Source: Clostridia bacterium
GTDB taxonomy: Bacteria > Bacillota > Clostridia > Christensenellales > Pumilibacteraceae
Assembly: GCA_017960845.1 (NCBI GenBank)
Contig: JAGCYK010000033.1
Span: 1-38,989, forward strand
Length of the DNA stretch: 38,989 bases
Direction of reading: 5' to 3'
In this document: positions 8,364-17,410 of the stretch, in pieces
How the letters are laid out: each line of letters opens with the position of its first letter
Numbering within the stretch: the stretch's first letter is position 1
Notes under the pieces: model-generated
Database searches by the model: none
Seen by the model: the letters and a program-made list of their open reading frames with translations, nothing else
Told to the model about the DNA's origin: nothing
Position numbers and translations under genes: made by a program

Positions 8364-11024
8364 CTAACTGCTATCATTTGTCCCGCCGGTCACATCGGTT
8401 ATATCATCGCCCATATTCGGACTTTGACGAATGATAGAAAGGTGAGCATTGTCCGTTCCTGCGAATATAACTTTGAATGTGCCCGTAGCATCCGTAACCG
8501 ACGTAATATAGCGCCTTACGTTAATTGTAAACTGGCCTATTTTAACGAACTCTTCGCCGTCTTTATCATTATTTCTTGTGTATAAAATTGTCAGCGAAGG
8601 AATATAGTAATTAAGCGACGTGTCTATATCAGAAGAATCTTTTACTGTCACTATTTTCCCGGAGAGATTATCGTAAACAAAATCTATTGACCCAAGCGTT
8701 GAGGTCGTGCTTGCCGCACTTGAGCCTATATCTAAGTAGCATAAATATGCGCCGTATCTACCCGAAACTGAGCCTAAAGCATACTCTCCATGATTAACCG
8801 GAATCTCGAAATAATACATTGCGTTCATAACAAGGCCGTTAGTGTCTCCGGGCGACTCTATCCAGTTTAAGTCGAATAGCTCTATGTAGCCAGCATATCC
8901 GTTTGACGCGTTTGGCGCATCTATTAGCCCACTTATTGAATACGTTCCATCTGCATATAGATAGATGTACGGCTTTTTCTCACTACTAGGGTCTCCATAA
9001 ATCTTTAAGATTCTCTTTATGTCCGTTATTTTGTTTTCTTCGTTTCTAAAAATCTTGCTCAAAGAAAAGAAACTGTCGTTTTCGTATCCGGCATTGTCAT
9101 AGTATGTTGCGGCAAAGAAATTCACATATCCTTTGGTTTTCAGGTTAAAATCTATACAGTCTTCTGGCAGTTCGTAGTTGTAATAAACCTGCCTATTTAC
9201 TGTCACCTTGTCTGCGACGATAAGGTGGTTTTTGCTTATTACCGCATCCATAAAGTGAAGTCCGTACACCTGCGTAGGATTAGCGTCTAACGTTTCATGG
9301 AGCTGGTCTCTTGAGGCGTCATATTTTTGCAGCGCTAGGTCAGCGGGTGCTTCTTTTGAAGAGTAGGCACTAAGCGCGCTAGAGACGAACGTATTAGAAG
9401 AATTATATGAGTCTGAAACTCTAGCCCAGCCTGATGACTCAAAGGTGCGCGTTAGCACCTCCAGTCTTCCCTGATTATTCCTATATGTGCTTACTCCGGA
9501 TAGTGAGTTGCCAAGTTTGTTCATAGGATAATATGCGACTCGAACGTCACCCCACGCCGACTGGTAGCTTGCATATGACCCGCCCACAACGTATCCGGTA
9601 TTTTTAGCGCTTGCCGCAAAAGGAGAAGTATCGTCTGCTACAAGCGGAAAATATGTGGCATAACCGGAAGCTTCGCTTGTAACAGCTTTTAAAACGATTT
9701 GCCGGTCTTTCGAGTTAATACCAAGCGTGCATCCCTGATCTTCTTCTAGAATGTTTAAAACGCTAGAGTCCGGGCTTATCTGGGTGCTTATTAGGTCAAG
9801 TGTTTCTGTTTTTCCTATCACGTAGGTGCTATAGTACTGATGCCCGTTAACCAAAGAGAGCGAAACTGTTGCGGCAGAAAAAGAGACAGGGGTTCGACTT
9901 AAAGCCATTGATGAGCCAACTGACCATGCTCCGCTAGCGTAGCGAAGATAATTTGATGAATATGTGCGATTTTGCAGATAATTATAGTTCGTCCACCGCC
10001 AGTTTTGCGTTGAGCCAAGCTCAAGCGAGTAAGTATACGGCCATGAAGACCTACTCACTGTTAAATATCTCGTAGTGCCAGAGCTCAAAGTAGAAACCGT
10101 AGTATTCGTTCCCGCCGTTATAATGGAAAACTCCCATAAAACGGCATCGTCAATATTAGAGTTAACAAAACTATTGCCCTGCATTGAAAGATAGTTTGAG
10201 CTCGATTCGATTGTATAATATGCCTTTGCCGTATTAACCATTTTCAAAGCGCCCCTATCTAAAACAAGCGAATATGTCGCGCCTGTTACATTCGCCGGGG
10301 TGCATATGAGCTGGCCGCCGTTAGTAGAAAAGACTGTTCCGTCCGCTTCGTTTGAGACAATTTTTAGGTTCGTCGACGACCTTTTGTTGTTCTCTTCGGC
10401 TTCAGCTCTTAAATAATAATTAATGCCGTTTTTAACAACATATATTTTTCCGCTTACGCTGTCATAAATCCATATAGTGGCTTCTGCCCCATCCGTTCCT
10501 GTACTTATGATTCCGTCCGATTCGTTTAAATAATAATTAGACGTGCCCTGGGTAACCGAAATAATACGGCCTTGTCCGCTTATGGTTCGATTCACTGTCC
10601 AGGCCCCGTTATAGATCAAATAATAGTCGTTGCCATTTTGTCTAAAAAACAGTCTGTTGTTTGTTCCGTCATAGGTAAAGACCGCGGCGTTCATTACGCT
10701 TGCGCTTAAAGAAATACCGCTGCTAGATGCTTGCAAATAATACACGCTAGCGCCCACATAGGTATAAATATGGTTTGACGCGTCCCAGTGCCACCGAGTC
10801 AAAGCGCTCGAGCCGTTAGATAGAAGCGTTCCTTCAGCGCATAGATAATTTTCGCCGTCTGTTATTTCTATATAATTAGTCTCCCTAACTACTCGCCACT
10901 GCTCATCGCATGTTAAATACCACTCTACTAGGTATTGGTCTTTAGCCGTAAATCTATTTCCGGTTTTTGTCCAAGTAGTAGAGGCGGATGCATCAAGAGT
11001 TAAAGCTCCGTTTGTAACATTCAA
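8364..11024 (-). CDS. C-terminal continuation of the giant adhesin-like protein; same frame as 11070..13232, with no signal peptide or SD of its own
   Basis: The track ORF starts at a TTG with no RBS. The 15 codons upstream (11025-11069) are open and in frame with the preceding ORF. The YL...W modules continue from the upstream ORF. The C-terminal half of about 500 aa has no domain I recognise and no LPXTG. Confidence 0.6.
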   Translation of the reverse strand: MNVTNGALTLDASASTTWTKTGNRFTAKDQYLVEWYLTCDEQWRVVRETNYIEITDGENYLCAEGTLLSNGSSALTRWHWDASNHIYTYVGASVYYLQASSSGISLSASVMNAAVFTYDGTNNRLFFRQNGNDYYLIYNGAWTVNRTISGQGRIISVTQGTSNYYLNESDGIISTGTDGAEATIWIYDSVSGKIYVVKNGINYYLRAEAEENNKRSSTNLKIVSNEADGTVFSTNGGQLICTPANVTGATYSLVLDRGALKMVNTAKAYYTIESSSNYLSMQGNSFVNSNIDDAVLWEFSIITAGTNTTVSTLSSGTTRYLTVSRSSWPYTYSLELGSTQNWRWTNYNYLQNRTYSSNYLRYASGAWSVGSSMALSRTPVSFSAATVSLSLVNGHQYYSTYVIGKTETLDLISTQISPDSSVLNILEEDQGCTLGINSKDRQIVLKAVTSEASGYATYFPLVADDTSPFAASAKNTGYVVGGSYASYQSAWGDVRVAYYPMNKLGNSLSGVSTYRNNQGRLEVLTRTFESSGWARVSDSYNSSNTFVSSALSAYSSKEAPADLALQKYDASRDQLHETLDANPTQVYGLHFMDAVISKNHLIVADKVTVNRQVYYNYELPEDCIDFNLKTKGYVNFFAATYYDNAGYENDSFFSLSKIFRNEENKITDIKRILKIYGDPSSEKKPYIYLYADGTYSISGLIDAPNASNGYAGYIELFDLNWIESPGDTNGLVMNAMYYFEIPVNHGEYALGSVSGRYGAYLCYLDIGSSAASTTSTLGSIDFVYDNLSGKIVTVKDSSDIDTSLNYYIPSLTILYTRNNDKDGEEFVKIGQFTINVRRYITSVTDATGTFKVIFAGTDNAHLSIIRQSPNMGDDITDVTGGTNDSS

Positions 11025-11768
11025 AAAGCGAATGCCCTGGCTTGTTGCTGTCTTTAACTCTCCGGTCGCTTAGAGCGCGAATAAAAGTGCATCGCCTAGG
11101 TCCGTTTTTGCTATGGCTGAATTAGTATAACCCAGGTACTGAGCTTCACTTGAAATTGTAAAAGCCGCGCTTAGAGGGCTCGCTCTCCACTTTCCGCCAA
11201 CAAGGCAAAGTTTCCAAGTATTGCCAGCTTGGTCAGTATGCGTTAGTGCGCTAGCCGACTTTGTCCATATAGTCAGCGGACTAGAGTCGAAAGAAAGATC
11301 CGTGCCGCGAGCGTTTAGATAATAAATGCTGCTGCCAATAAGCGTTGCTAAATATCCGCCCTCATGGCTAAACAGCTGCTCGCTCCCTGACGAAACGGAA
11401 AAGACGCTTCCTCCGCTCTCTCCTACATAATAAGTGCCGCTTCTACTTATACTAAATGCTGACTGGAATGGATAAACTCCCCAGCCGCTATTATATCTTA
11501 AGTACCAGTTCCTATTTCCATTTTGGTACGTTAATATGCTTCCGTTCCTAGCCCAAACGGTAGCTCCGGCTTTTGTATTGGTTAGAGATAGATTTACGCC
11601 CGAAGCAACTAAGTAATATGGCCTTATTTCATCGTCCGTTTCCACTCTTGCACTTAAGTGGCCATCTAGATCTAAAACCCAGACCGTTGCGTCCAGCTGA
11701 TTGGTTTCGTCAAGAATTCCATATCTATTTGCGTTTAGATAATGCGCTCCGTTTCCTATAGTAAATCC
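9900..11768 (-). repeat. Protein-level array of about 15-20 degenerate YL...W modules (ricin-B/beta-trefoil-like lectin subrepeats, inferred)
   Basis: Recurring 30-45 aa units, for example HYLNANRYGILDETNQLDATVW, YYLVASGVNLSLTNTKAGATVW, YYLNARGTDLSFDSSPLTIW, YYLNESDGIISTGTDGAEATIW and NYLSMQGNSFVNSNIDDAVLW. The array spans the in-frame stop. Confidence 0.5.
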
Positions 11769-13232
11769 GCTTTCGGTCTCGGTGGTATAAGTATATGTCG
11801 TAACTGTCTTTGGGAAATACACCTCAGAAGTTCCGTGGAAGAGATTGTACCTTTGAGAAGTGGTGGCACTTGACGAGTCTGCAAAGACAAGGCTTCCTCC
11901 GTCTTGTGACCTATACGTCCTAATTATCGCCCCGTCGCCCGGGGAAACATAATTTCCGTAAAACTGCTCAATTGAAATGGTAGGATTTCCTTCTCCGTCA
12001 AGAATATCCTCCCTTATTGTTATGGTTTCTGCGTTTACGTAAAGCTCTTCGCTGTTTTGTTTCGCTACCCCAAGGATTGTTTGCAATCTTGAGTGAAGTG
12101 CCAGCATATCAATCGAACCGCCCCACTCTTCTCCTGCTCCGGATATTAGCCCGGCTATCGTTGCTCCAGACCCAGAGCCTATAGTCGTTCCGCTCTTATC
12201 TGGATTAAGGTTGTAAACAAACCCTATTATTCCGGAGTCCGAATGGTAATTTGCTCCTGCGTGCTGAACGTCTATTGCGTCAGTTGTGGCAGCGCCGTTT
12301 TCTCCTTCGGTGTAATAGACGCTTATTTTCGTTATTTGAGAATATTCGATGTGGCCGGCTAGTATTCCTATATGGTGATCCTCTTCGTATTCGGTAAGAG
12401 CGTTTGCATCACTGCCCCAAATATGCGAGGCAAGCCGCTCCAGCACGCTCTGAGAGCGCACTTCCACTTTAATATCACATAGAAGCAGGTCTGTTATCGT
12501 AGAAACAACCCCTTCAAAATAATTTTCTTCATCAATGATTGTATAATCACTCTCGCTGCCCAGGTATCCCACTTTACCAAAAAGCCCAACATCAGGTTCG
12601 TTGTCTGTAGATGAAACCACAAAGTTCGCTATGATGGAAGAGTCGCTGCTCATGTCGTTATATTCCGCGTTTCCTGTTTTCGGGGCGCCGCCGACATATC
12701 CAATGAAAGGATACCTTTCCGTACCTATTGGGTTTATAACCTTTCCGGCCCCATCAATGCTTACCGGATTGCCGAAAGTATCACAAACCAAAAAGTACGG
12801 CATGGACTCTCCGCCGTTATACTCTCCTTCGCTATAATTCTTTGAAATATATTTCTCGTAAAAATATCCGGAACGCTGGAGTGCATATAGATTCATCATA
12901 TGCCTAGGATACGAAATTATATACGGATTCGCTTTTGTTCCCCAGTCCGTCGTAGGATCAAAAAGAACTTCCTCTGTGGTGTTTTCTTCGTTCTCTCTTC
13001 CGCTTAGATAGCTAATGTTTCCCGAATACCCGCCGCTGTTCGGGTTTAACCGCTCAAATAATAAGTTTATTCTCATACCTATGTGTGCTATACGCCCTGC
13101 GTCGCCATCCGAAGTATATACTCTCGGCAAACTGCTATAGTACGCATGTGTTGCAGCCGATAAAATGCCGGCCAGCACGCCTAGCATAATAAAAAGAGTA
13201 ATAAATAATACTTTGTTTCTTCCTTTAAACAT
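11070..13232 (-). CDS. N-terminal part of the giant adhesin-like surface protein (SipW-type signal motif, GLUG/beta-helix-like region, start of the lectin-like repeats)
   Basis: 720 aa. RBS AAAGAGG lies upstream. The N-terminus is MFKGRNKVLFITLFIMLGVLAGILSAATHAYYSS. It has NPIGTERYPFIGY...DVGLFGKVG, HIGILAGHI and SGIIGFVYN (GLUG-like G-h-h-G motifs typical of beta-helix adhesins). It ends at TAA 11070-11072. Confidence 0.65.
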   Translation of the reverse strand: MFKGRNKVLFITLFIMLGVLAGILSAATHAYYSSLPRVYTSDGDAGRIAHIGMRINLLFERLNPNSGGYSGNISYLSGRENEENTTEEVLFDPTTDWGTKANPYIISYPRHMMNLYALQRSGYFYEKYISKNYSEGEYNGGESMPYFLVCDTFGNPVSIDGAGKVINPIGTERYPFIGYVGGAPKTGNAEYNDMSSDSSIIANFVVSSTDNEPDVGLFGKVGYLGSESDYTIIDEENYFEGVVSTITDLLLCDIKVEVRSQSVLERLASHIWGSDANALTEYEEDHHIGILAGHIEYSQITKISVYYTEGENGAATTDAIDVQHAGANYHSDSGIIGFVYNLNPDKSGTTIGSGSGATIAGLISGAGEEWGGSIDMLALHSRLQTILGVAKQNSEELYVNAETITIREDILDGEGNPTISIEQFYGNYVSPGDGAIIRTYRSQDGGSLVFADSSSATTSQRYNLFHGTSEVYFPKTVTTYTYTTETESGFTIGNGAHYLNANRYGILDETNQLDATVWVLDLDGHLSARVETDDEIRPYYLVASGVNLSLTNTKAGATVWARNGSILTYQNGNRNWYLRYNSGWGVYPFQSAFSISRSGTYYVGESGGSVFSVSSGSEQLFSHEGGYLATLIGSSIYYLNARGTDLSFDSSPLTIWTKSASALTHTDQAGNTWKLCLVGGKWRASPLSAAFTISSEAQYLGYTNSAIAKTDLGDALLFAL

Positions 13233-13256
13233 TTTCTACCTCTTTTTACATATCGG

Positions 13257-14120
13257 TTAAACGTATATTCCGTAAAACTCTATTTCAAAAACGAGCCCCA
13301 AAAGGAGCTGACACGGCATAAACCTAGTGATCGTTTCGGTAATAGCAATGCATCCTTCTAGGTCCGGCGCTATTCGAACAAAAAGATAATATGGCGAATC
13401 CTTTTCTCCGCTAAAAACATCCGCAAACTCATCTCCGTTTTGTAGCGAGACGTATCCGCTTTGGTTTGATGTGTTAAATAGGCTTAAAATGCTTTCTTCC
13501 GCGGTGGACGGAGCGAAGCCTAGCGCGCTAACCGCACACTCTATTTGAATAAGGTCAGAAAAGAGCGAAAAGTCTATTCCAACTCCGTTTGATCTAAAAT
13601 GCTCTACCCCTTCCGCATCAAAAAATCTTATATTCTCCTCAATTAGCGAAAATCTTGCCCTAGCCCTTCGCCCATGACGCGCGATATCAGTTAAATCAAA
13701 GCGCAGCAAAAAATAGTTATCGCTATTAAGCGACAAAAGATTATCAATGGTTCCTAAGTGAAGCGAAGTGAAAGTTAGTTTCTCACGGAGCCCTGCGTTG
13801 TTTTTCCCTGACGAGCCTACCGGAAGGTCTGCGTCAACCGTTGATTTTGCTACCACGTAGGTGCTTGAACCAGATGCGACTGCCCGCCACTGGCCGTTGG
13901 TTTTATCTGTTGTTTCTCCGGAAGTTTCTCCGGCTAGGTCATAAACCCAGGCGCTCATGTTTGGATACGTAGCTCCGCCCGTGCTTAAGTCCGGGTTCTT
14001 TTCACCGTGCCAGGAACTACTAAACCAAGCGTACGTAAAAACTGACGCCATAATTATCGTAGATAAAAATAACGCCAAGAATGCTGTTATAACGTTCTTT
14101 GTGTTCCTGCTGTCAATCAT
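13257..14120 (-). CDS. Secreted/anchored protein with a TasA/SipW-type N-terminal motif (TYAWFSSS); possible TasA/camelysin-like subunit
   Basis: The start is preferred at ATG 14120, which has GGAG 5 nt upstream. The N-terminus is MIDSRNTKNVITAFLALFLSTIIMASVFTYAWFSSS. The mature part has LTFTSLHLGTIDNLLSLNSDNYFLLRFDL. 287 aa. Confidence 0.5.
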   Translation of the reverse strand: MIDSRNTKNVITAFLALFLSTIIMASVFTYAWFSSSWHGEKNPDLSTGGATYPNMSAWVYDLAGETSGETTDKTNGQWRAVASGSSTYVVAKSTVDADLPVGSSGKNNAGLREKLTFTSLHLGTIDNLLSLNSDNYFLLRFDLTDIARHGRRARARFSLIEENIRFFDAEGVEHFRSNGVGIDFSLFSDLIQIECAVSALGFAPSTAEESILSLFNTSNQSGYVSLQNGDEFADVFSGEKDSPYYLFVRIAPDLEGCIAITETITRFMPCQLLLGLVFEIEFYGIYV

Positions 14121-14169
14121 CGTGTCTCCATTCCCCTTTCTCTTTATGTGGAGGCATTTATATTGATGT

Positions 14170-14207
14170 AAAACAAAAGCCAGTTGCATTAATATTAAGC
14201 AGCTGGC
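14170..14207 (-). terminator. Terminator-like hairpin between the ABC gene and the first TasA-like gene
   Basis: The minus strand reads GCCAGCTGC-11 nt loop-GCAACTGGC (8 of 9 bp) followed by TTTTGTTTT. Confidence 0.45.
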
Positions 14208-14281
14208 TACCTTGAGTTTAAGACAAGGTTGTTTGTGTGTAGCCGTTTAGCAAAGGTGCCAAAGGGTATTTTGTTAGAAGC

Positions 14282-14310
14282 ATTTTATCATTAATATGGG
14301 TTTCTGTCAA
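14282..14310 (-). promoter_or_regulatory. Promoter-like element (TTGACA, 17 nt spacer, TAAAAT) just downstream of the ABC stop codon
   Basis: Minus strand: -35 at 14305-14310 and -10 at 14282-14287. It lies upstream of the hairpin at 14170-14207. Confidence 0.4.
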
Positions 14311-14340
14311 CCGAAGAAACAACCTAATGCTAGTGAAGCC

Positions 14341-17154
14341 TTACTCCGTTCTAAGTGCAACAACAGGGTCTTGGCGAGCCGCGGCCGATGCAGGGATAAG
14401 CCCTGAAAGAAGCGTTAGACCAACTGAGATTGCTATCATGATGCCTGCTGTCGGCAATGTTAGGTTTGCTATCGTATAGATTCCGAAATTAAGTCCGAGC
14501 GCTATGTTGAATATAAAGCAAATGACGTATGTTGCTAGCACGCCTATTATGCCGGCAATAAGCCCTATTATAAAGGTTTCGGCATTGAATAGATTCTTTA
14601 CGTCTCTTTTCCTTCCGCCCATTGCCCTTATAATACCTATTTCTTTCGTTCTTTCAACAACGGAAACATAAGTAATAATTCCTATCATTACGGTCGATAC
14701 GACCAAAGAAACGGATGTGAATGCCACAAGTCCTATTGTGACTATCATGATAAGCATATCTACAAGGTCCATAACAAGACCCAGCGTGTCGGTATAATTT
14801 ATTTTATCTGCCGGTTCATCATGAGTTTCATTCCATTTGTCAAGATAGTGAAGTAGTTCTGTTTTCTTTTCAAAATCCACAGAATAGAATCTTATGCTTG
14901 ACGGCACATTATTTCCTCCGAGAGCGCTTAGCGTAACAACCTTATTTGATGAACTGTAATATGTACTTACTAGCATATCTAATAGTCCGTCTAATTGAGC
15001 TTCCGGCGTCGGGCCAAAACGCATAAGCATAGTTCTTATTAAATTCTTAAAAGTTTCTTTAGATAAAGTTGATGCCCACGTGCTTATGACATCCGATGAA
15101 CTTGCCGCTCCGGATGTTGAGGAAGATACATTAGCACCAAACTCTTCGTTGTTTTTGTCCGCGCCTTGCTTATTGTATACTATGGTTCCACCTTCTTCGA
15201 CGTCGTAATAGTAAGTGTAGCCGTATTTAATATTGTTTGCCTGGTCATTATTTCTCATAGCATATTTAACGACTTCGGACCTAGAGGCCTCATTTGACTC
15301 AAGGCTCAAAGCATATTGAGTTAGCGCCTCGCTATAATAAAGGCCGGCAGAAAGCGAGCCGTATAAAATGGAGTCTTTTGGCTTTAAAACGCAGGCAATT
15401 TTCATGGGAACCGCTTTTGATGCGTCTAAATCGTCCGAATACGTCTGATAGCGAAAGGCATTAGGATTGCCTGAAGTATCGGTGTCTGATACTTTATAAA
15501 CCTCACTGTTAGGATAATACGCAAAAGCCTTTGAGCCTTCTCCGCAAAATGCCGTGTAATCAAACTCAAGTGGGATTACGGGATCAGAAGGTCGGTAGAA
15601 AGAATTGTCCTCAACTAAGCTGTAAGCATAGTTTAAAAATGCGCGCTGTGAAATATATCCGAACTGAGCAAGCAAGATATCGTTAATCTCAGAATCTTTG
15701 CTTAGAACGAGCACCATATTTTCTTTTTCGTTTTCAGGGTACTCTCCTGCTAAAACCTCATATTGACGAAGCACGTACTCTTTATTGTTCGGAAGCTCGG
15801 AAAATGTTCCAACCGTGTTTATAATGGGAGCAAGTTGCGAATAATCTTCCGTTTTTTCAAGAACTGTTCCATACATTGAGCGGATTCCGGTAATGGAAAT
15901 ATTTACATCCTGAACGCCCTCTATTCCATAAGAAAAGTCCGTATAGATGTTATGTGCAAAATTGATTCCGTAAGATTTTTTTACTACTTCTACGCAGCCT
16001 TCTGGAAGGTCGTCTAAATAGTCAACGTATTCCTGCGTGATTTCGTTTGTAGAAATGGAGTTGTTAAGCTTAGCGACTGTTTCTATGATTGTATTTACAT
16101 AGACCTTATCCGCCATTCGCCCTTTGTTTTCATCTTTATTCCGGTATTGGTCGGCTAGAGACGAAAGCGCCGAGAAATCAAAGGCTGTTTGAGAAACAGT
16201 AACCGGAAAACCTGACAGCATATCGCTTTGCATGCTGTCTATATAATTTCTTATTCCGGCAGAAAAAGCTAGGACTATAGCTACGCCTATTATTCCTATA
16301 GACCCGGCAAAGCCAACCATAATGGTTCTGCCTTTTTTTGCAAGAAGGTTTCTCCAGGAAAGAGCAAAAGCGGTCCAAAAGCCCATCTTGGTCTTTCTTC
16401 TTCCTTTTCTTTTTTCCTGGTCAATCGTCTTTTCGTCTAATACAGCGCCTTCTCTTTCTTTTGTCTCTTCTTCGCTATCAAATGGATTTGAGTCTCCGGT
16501 AATCTTACCGTCAAGAAGGTTGATAATTCTATTTGAGTATTCTTCAGCGAGCTCCGGGTTGTGCGTAACCATTATTACGAGTTTTTCTCCGGCAATCTCG
16601 CGCATTAGATTCATTATTTGAACACTTGTCTTTGTGTCGAGCGCTCCGGTAGGCTCGTCAGCAAGAAGAATATCCGGATCGTTTACAAGAGCTCGCGCAA
16701 TAGCAACTCTTTGGCACTGTCCGCCGGAGAGCTGATTCGGGCGCTTATATAGTTGATCTCCAAGTCCTACTTTAATAAGCGCGGTTTTAGCCTTCTCGCG
16801 ACGCTGCTCAAGACTTAGTCCGGCAATGGTAAGAGCCAGTTCAACGTTTCCGAGAACTGTTTGGTGCGGAATGAGGTTGTAGCTTTGGAAAATAAAACCA
16901 ATTCTATGGTTTCTGTATACGTCCCAGTCCCTATCGTTATATTTTTTTGTGGACCGTCCCTCAATTACTAAATCTCCGCTAGTATACTTGTCTAGACCGC
17001 CTATAATATTAAGAAGAGTTGTTTTTCCGCAACCTGAAGGACCGAGAATTGACACAAATTCGTTCTTGCGAAAATTTAACGAAATCCCTCTTAATGCGTG
17101 AACGTCTCCGGATGCTATTTTATATGTTTTGTCTATGTTAACTAACTTAAGCAT
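14341..17154 (-). CDS. Fused ABC ATPase / FtsX-family permease (MacB-type, type VII ABC) with a large extracytoplasmic domain
   Basis: 937 aa. It has Walker [10 protein letters not shown], signature LSGGQ and Walker [11 protein letters not shown]1 is around aa 265-300, followed by a soluble insert of about 500 aa. The C-terminal FtsX module has three TM helices ([14 protein letters not shown]...). Confidence 0.85.
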   Translation of the reverse strand: MLKLVNIDKTYKIASGDVHALRGISLNFRKNEFVSILGPSGCGKTTLLNIIGGLDKYTSGDLVIEGRSTKKYNDRDWDVYRNHRIGFIFQSYNLIPHQTVLGNVELALTIAGLSLEQRREKAKTALIKVGLGDQLYKRPNQLSGGQCQRVAIARALVNDPDILLADEPTGALDTKTSVQIMNLMREIAGEKLVIMVTHNPELAEEYSNRIINLLDGKITGDSNPFDSEEETKEREGAVLDEKTIDQEKRKGRRKTKMGFWTAFALSWRNLLAKKGRTIMVGFAGSIGIIGVAIVLAFSAGIRNYIDSMQSDMLSGFPVTVSQTAFDFSALSSLADQYRNKDENKGRMADKVYVNTIIETVAKLNNSISTNEITQEYVDYLDDLPEGCVEVVKKSYGINFAHNIYTDFSYGIEGVQDVNISITGIRSMYGTVLEKTEDYSQLAPIINTVGTFSELPNNKEYVLRQYEVLAGEYPENEKENMVLVLSKDSEINDILLAQFGYISQRAFLNYAYSLVEDNSFYRPSDPVIPLEFDYTAFCGEGSKAFAYYPNSEVYKVSDTDTSGNPNAFRYQTYSDDLDASKAVPMKIACVLKPKDSILYGSLSAGLYYSEALTQYALSLESNEASRSEVVKYAMRNNDQANNIKYGYTYYYDVEEGGTIVYNKQGADKNNEEFGANVSSSTSGAASSSDVISTWASTLSKETFKNLIRTMLMRFGPTPEAQLDGLLDMLVSTYYSSSNKVVTLSALGGNNVPSSIRFYSVDFEKKTELLHYLDKWNETHDEPADKINYTDTLGLVMDLVDMLIMIVTIGLVAFTSVSLVVSTVMIGIITYVSVVERTKEIGIIRAMGGRKRDVKNLFNAETFIIGLIAGIIGVLATYVICFIFNIALGLNFGIYTIANLTLPTAGIMIAISVGLTLLSGLIPASAAARQDPVVALRTE

Positions 17155-17176
17155 GATTAACCAACCTTATTAACAA

Positions 17177-17206
17177 ATTATAATTAATGGTTTTTTCCTT
17201 TGTCAA
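17177..17206 (-). promoter_or_regulatory. Promoter of the ABC gene (TTGACA, 18 nt spacer, TATAAT)
   Basis: Minus strand: -35 at 17201-17206 and -10 at 17177-17182, about 22 nt upstream of the ATG at 17154. Confidence 0.5.
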
Positions 17207-17410
17207 TTTTTAAATGCGCCATTTGTTCGGCAAACTAACATTTTTGTTGGCTATGTTTTTCAAAAGCAAGCTTCATGGTAGATTTTAATGAGCACATAAA
17301 AAAATGAGTAAAGAGCCTAGCCTTACTCATCAAATCTATGTGCTTTAATTTGCTCAATGAATACTACTTCGAAGCCGCCGCGCGCATGCTTTCTTGCATT
17401 ACATATTTAG

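Noticed and set aside
8364-11024. Treating the 886-aa ORF as an independent gene starting at TTG 11024
   Set aside because: There is no SD upstream and no signal peptide on a clearly extracytoplasmic repeat protein. The frame stays open for 15 codons upstream, right up to the TAA of the preceding same-frame ORF.
11070-11072. The in-frame TAA as evidence of stop-codon reassignment (an alternative genetic code)
   Set aside because: TAA is the terminal codon of tuf (2952), fusA (4311), the ABC gene (14341), the gene ending at 13257 and the gene ending at 7596, all ending where the conserved proteins are expected to end. Global recoding is not supported.
17306-17335. Hairpin GAGTAAAG...CTTACTC with an A7 run on the plus strand, which would act as a minus-strand terminator upstream of the ABC promoter
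   Set aside because: No minus-strand transcript is predicted to reach it. The convergent terminator at 17977-18007 and the plus-strand gene lie in between, and I found no convincing promoter for a small RNA ending here. I left it uncalled.
17368-17392. A GC-rich 9-mer ATGCGCGCG shared by two AT-rich intergenic regions (about 17370-17390 on the minus strand and about 30130-30140 on the plus strand), considered as a common operator
   Set aside because: This is a single 9-nt match between two regions of about 300 nt. It is within chance expectation, and the flanks show no extended similarity.
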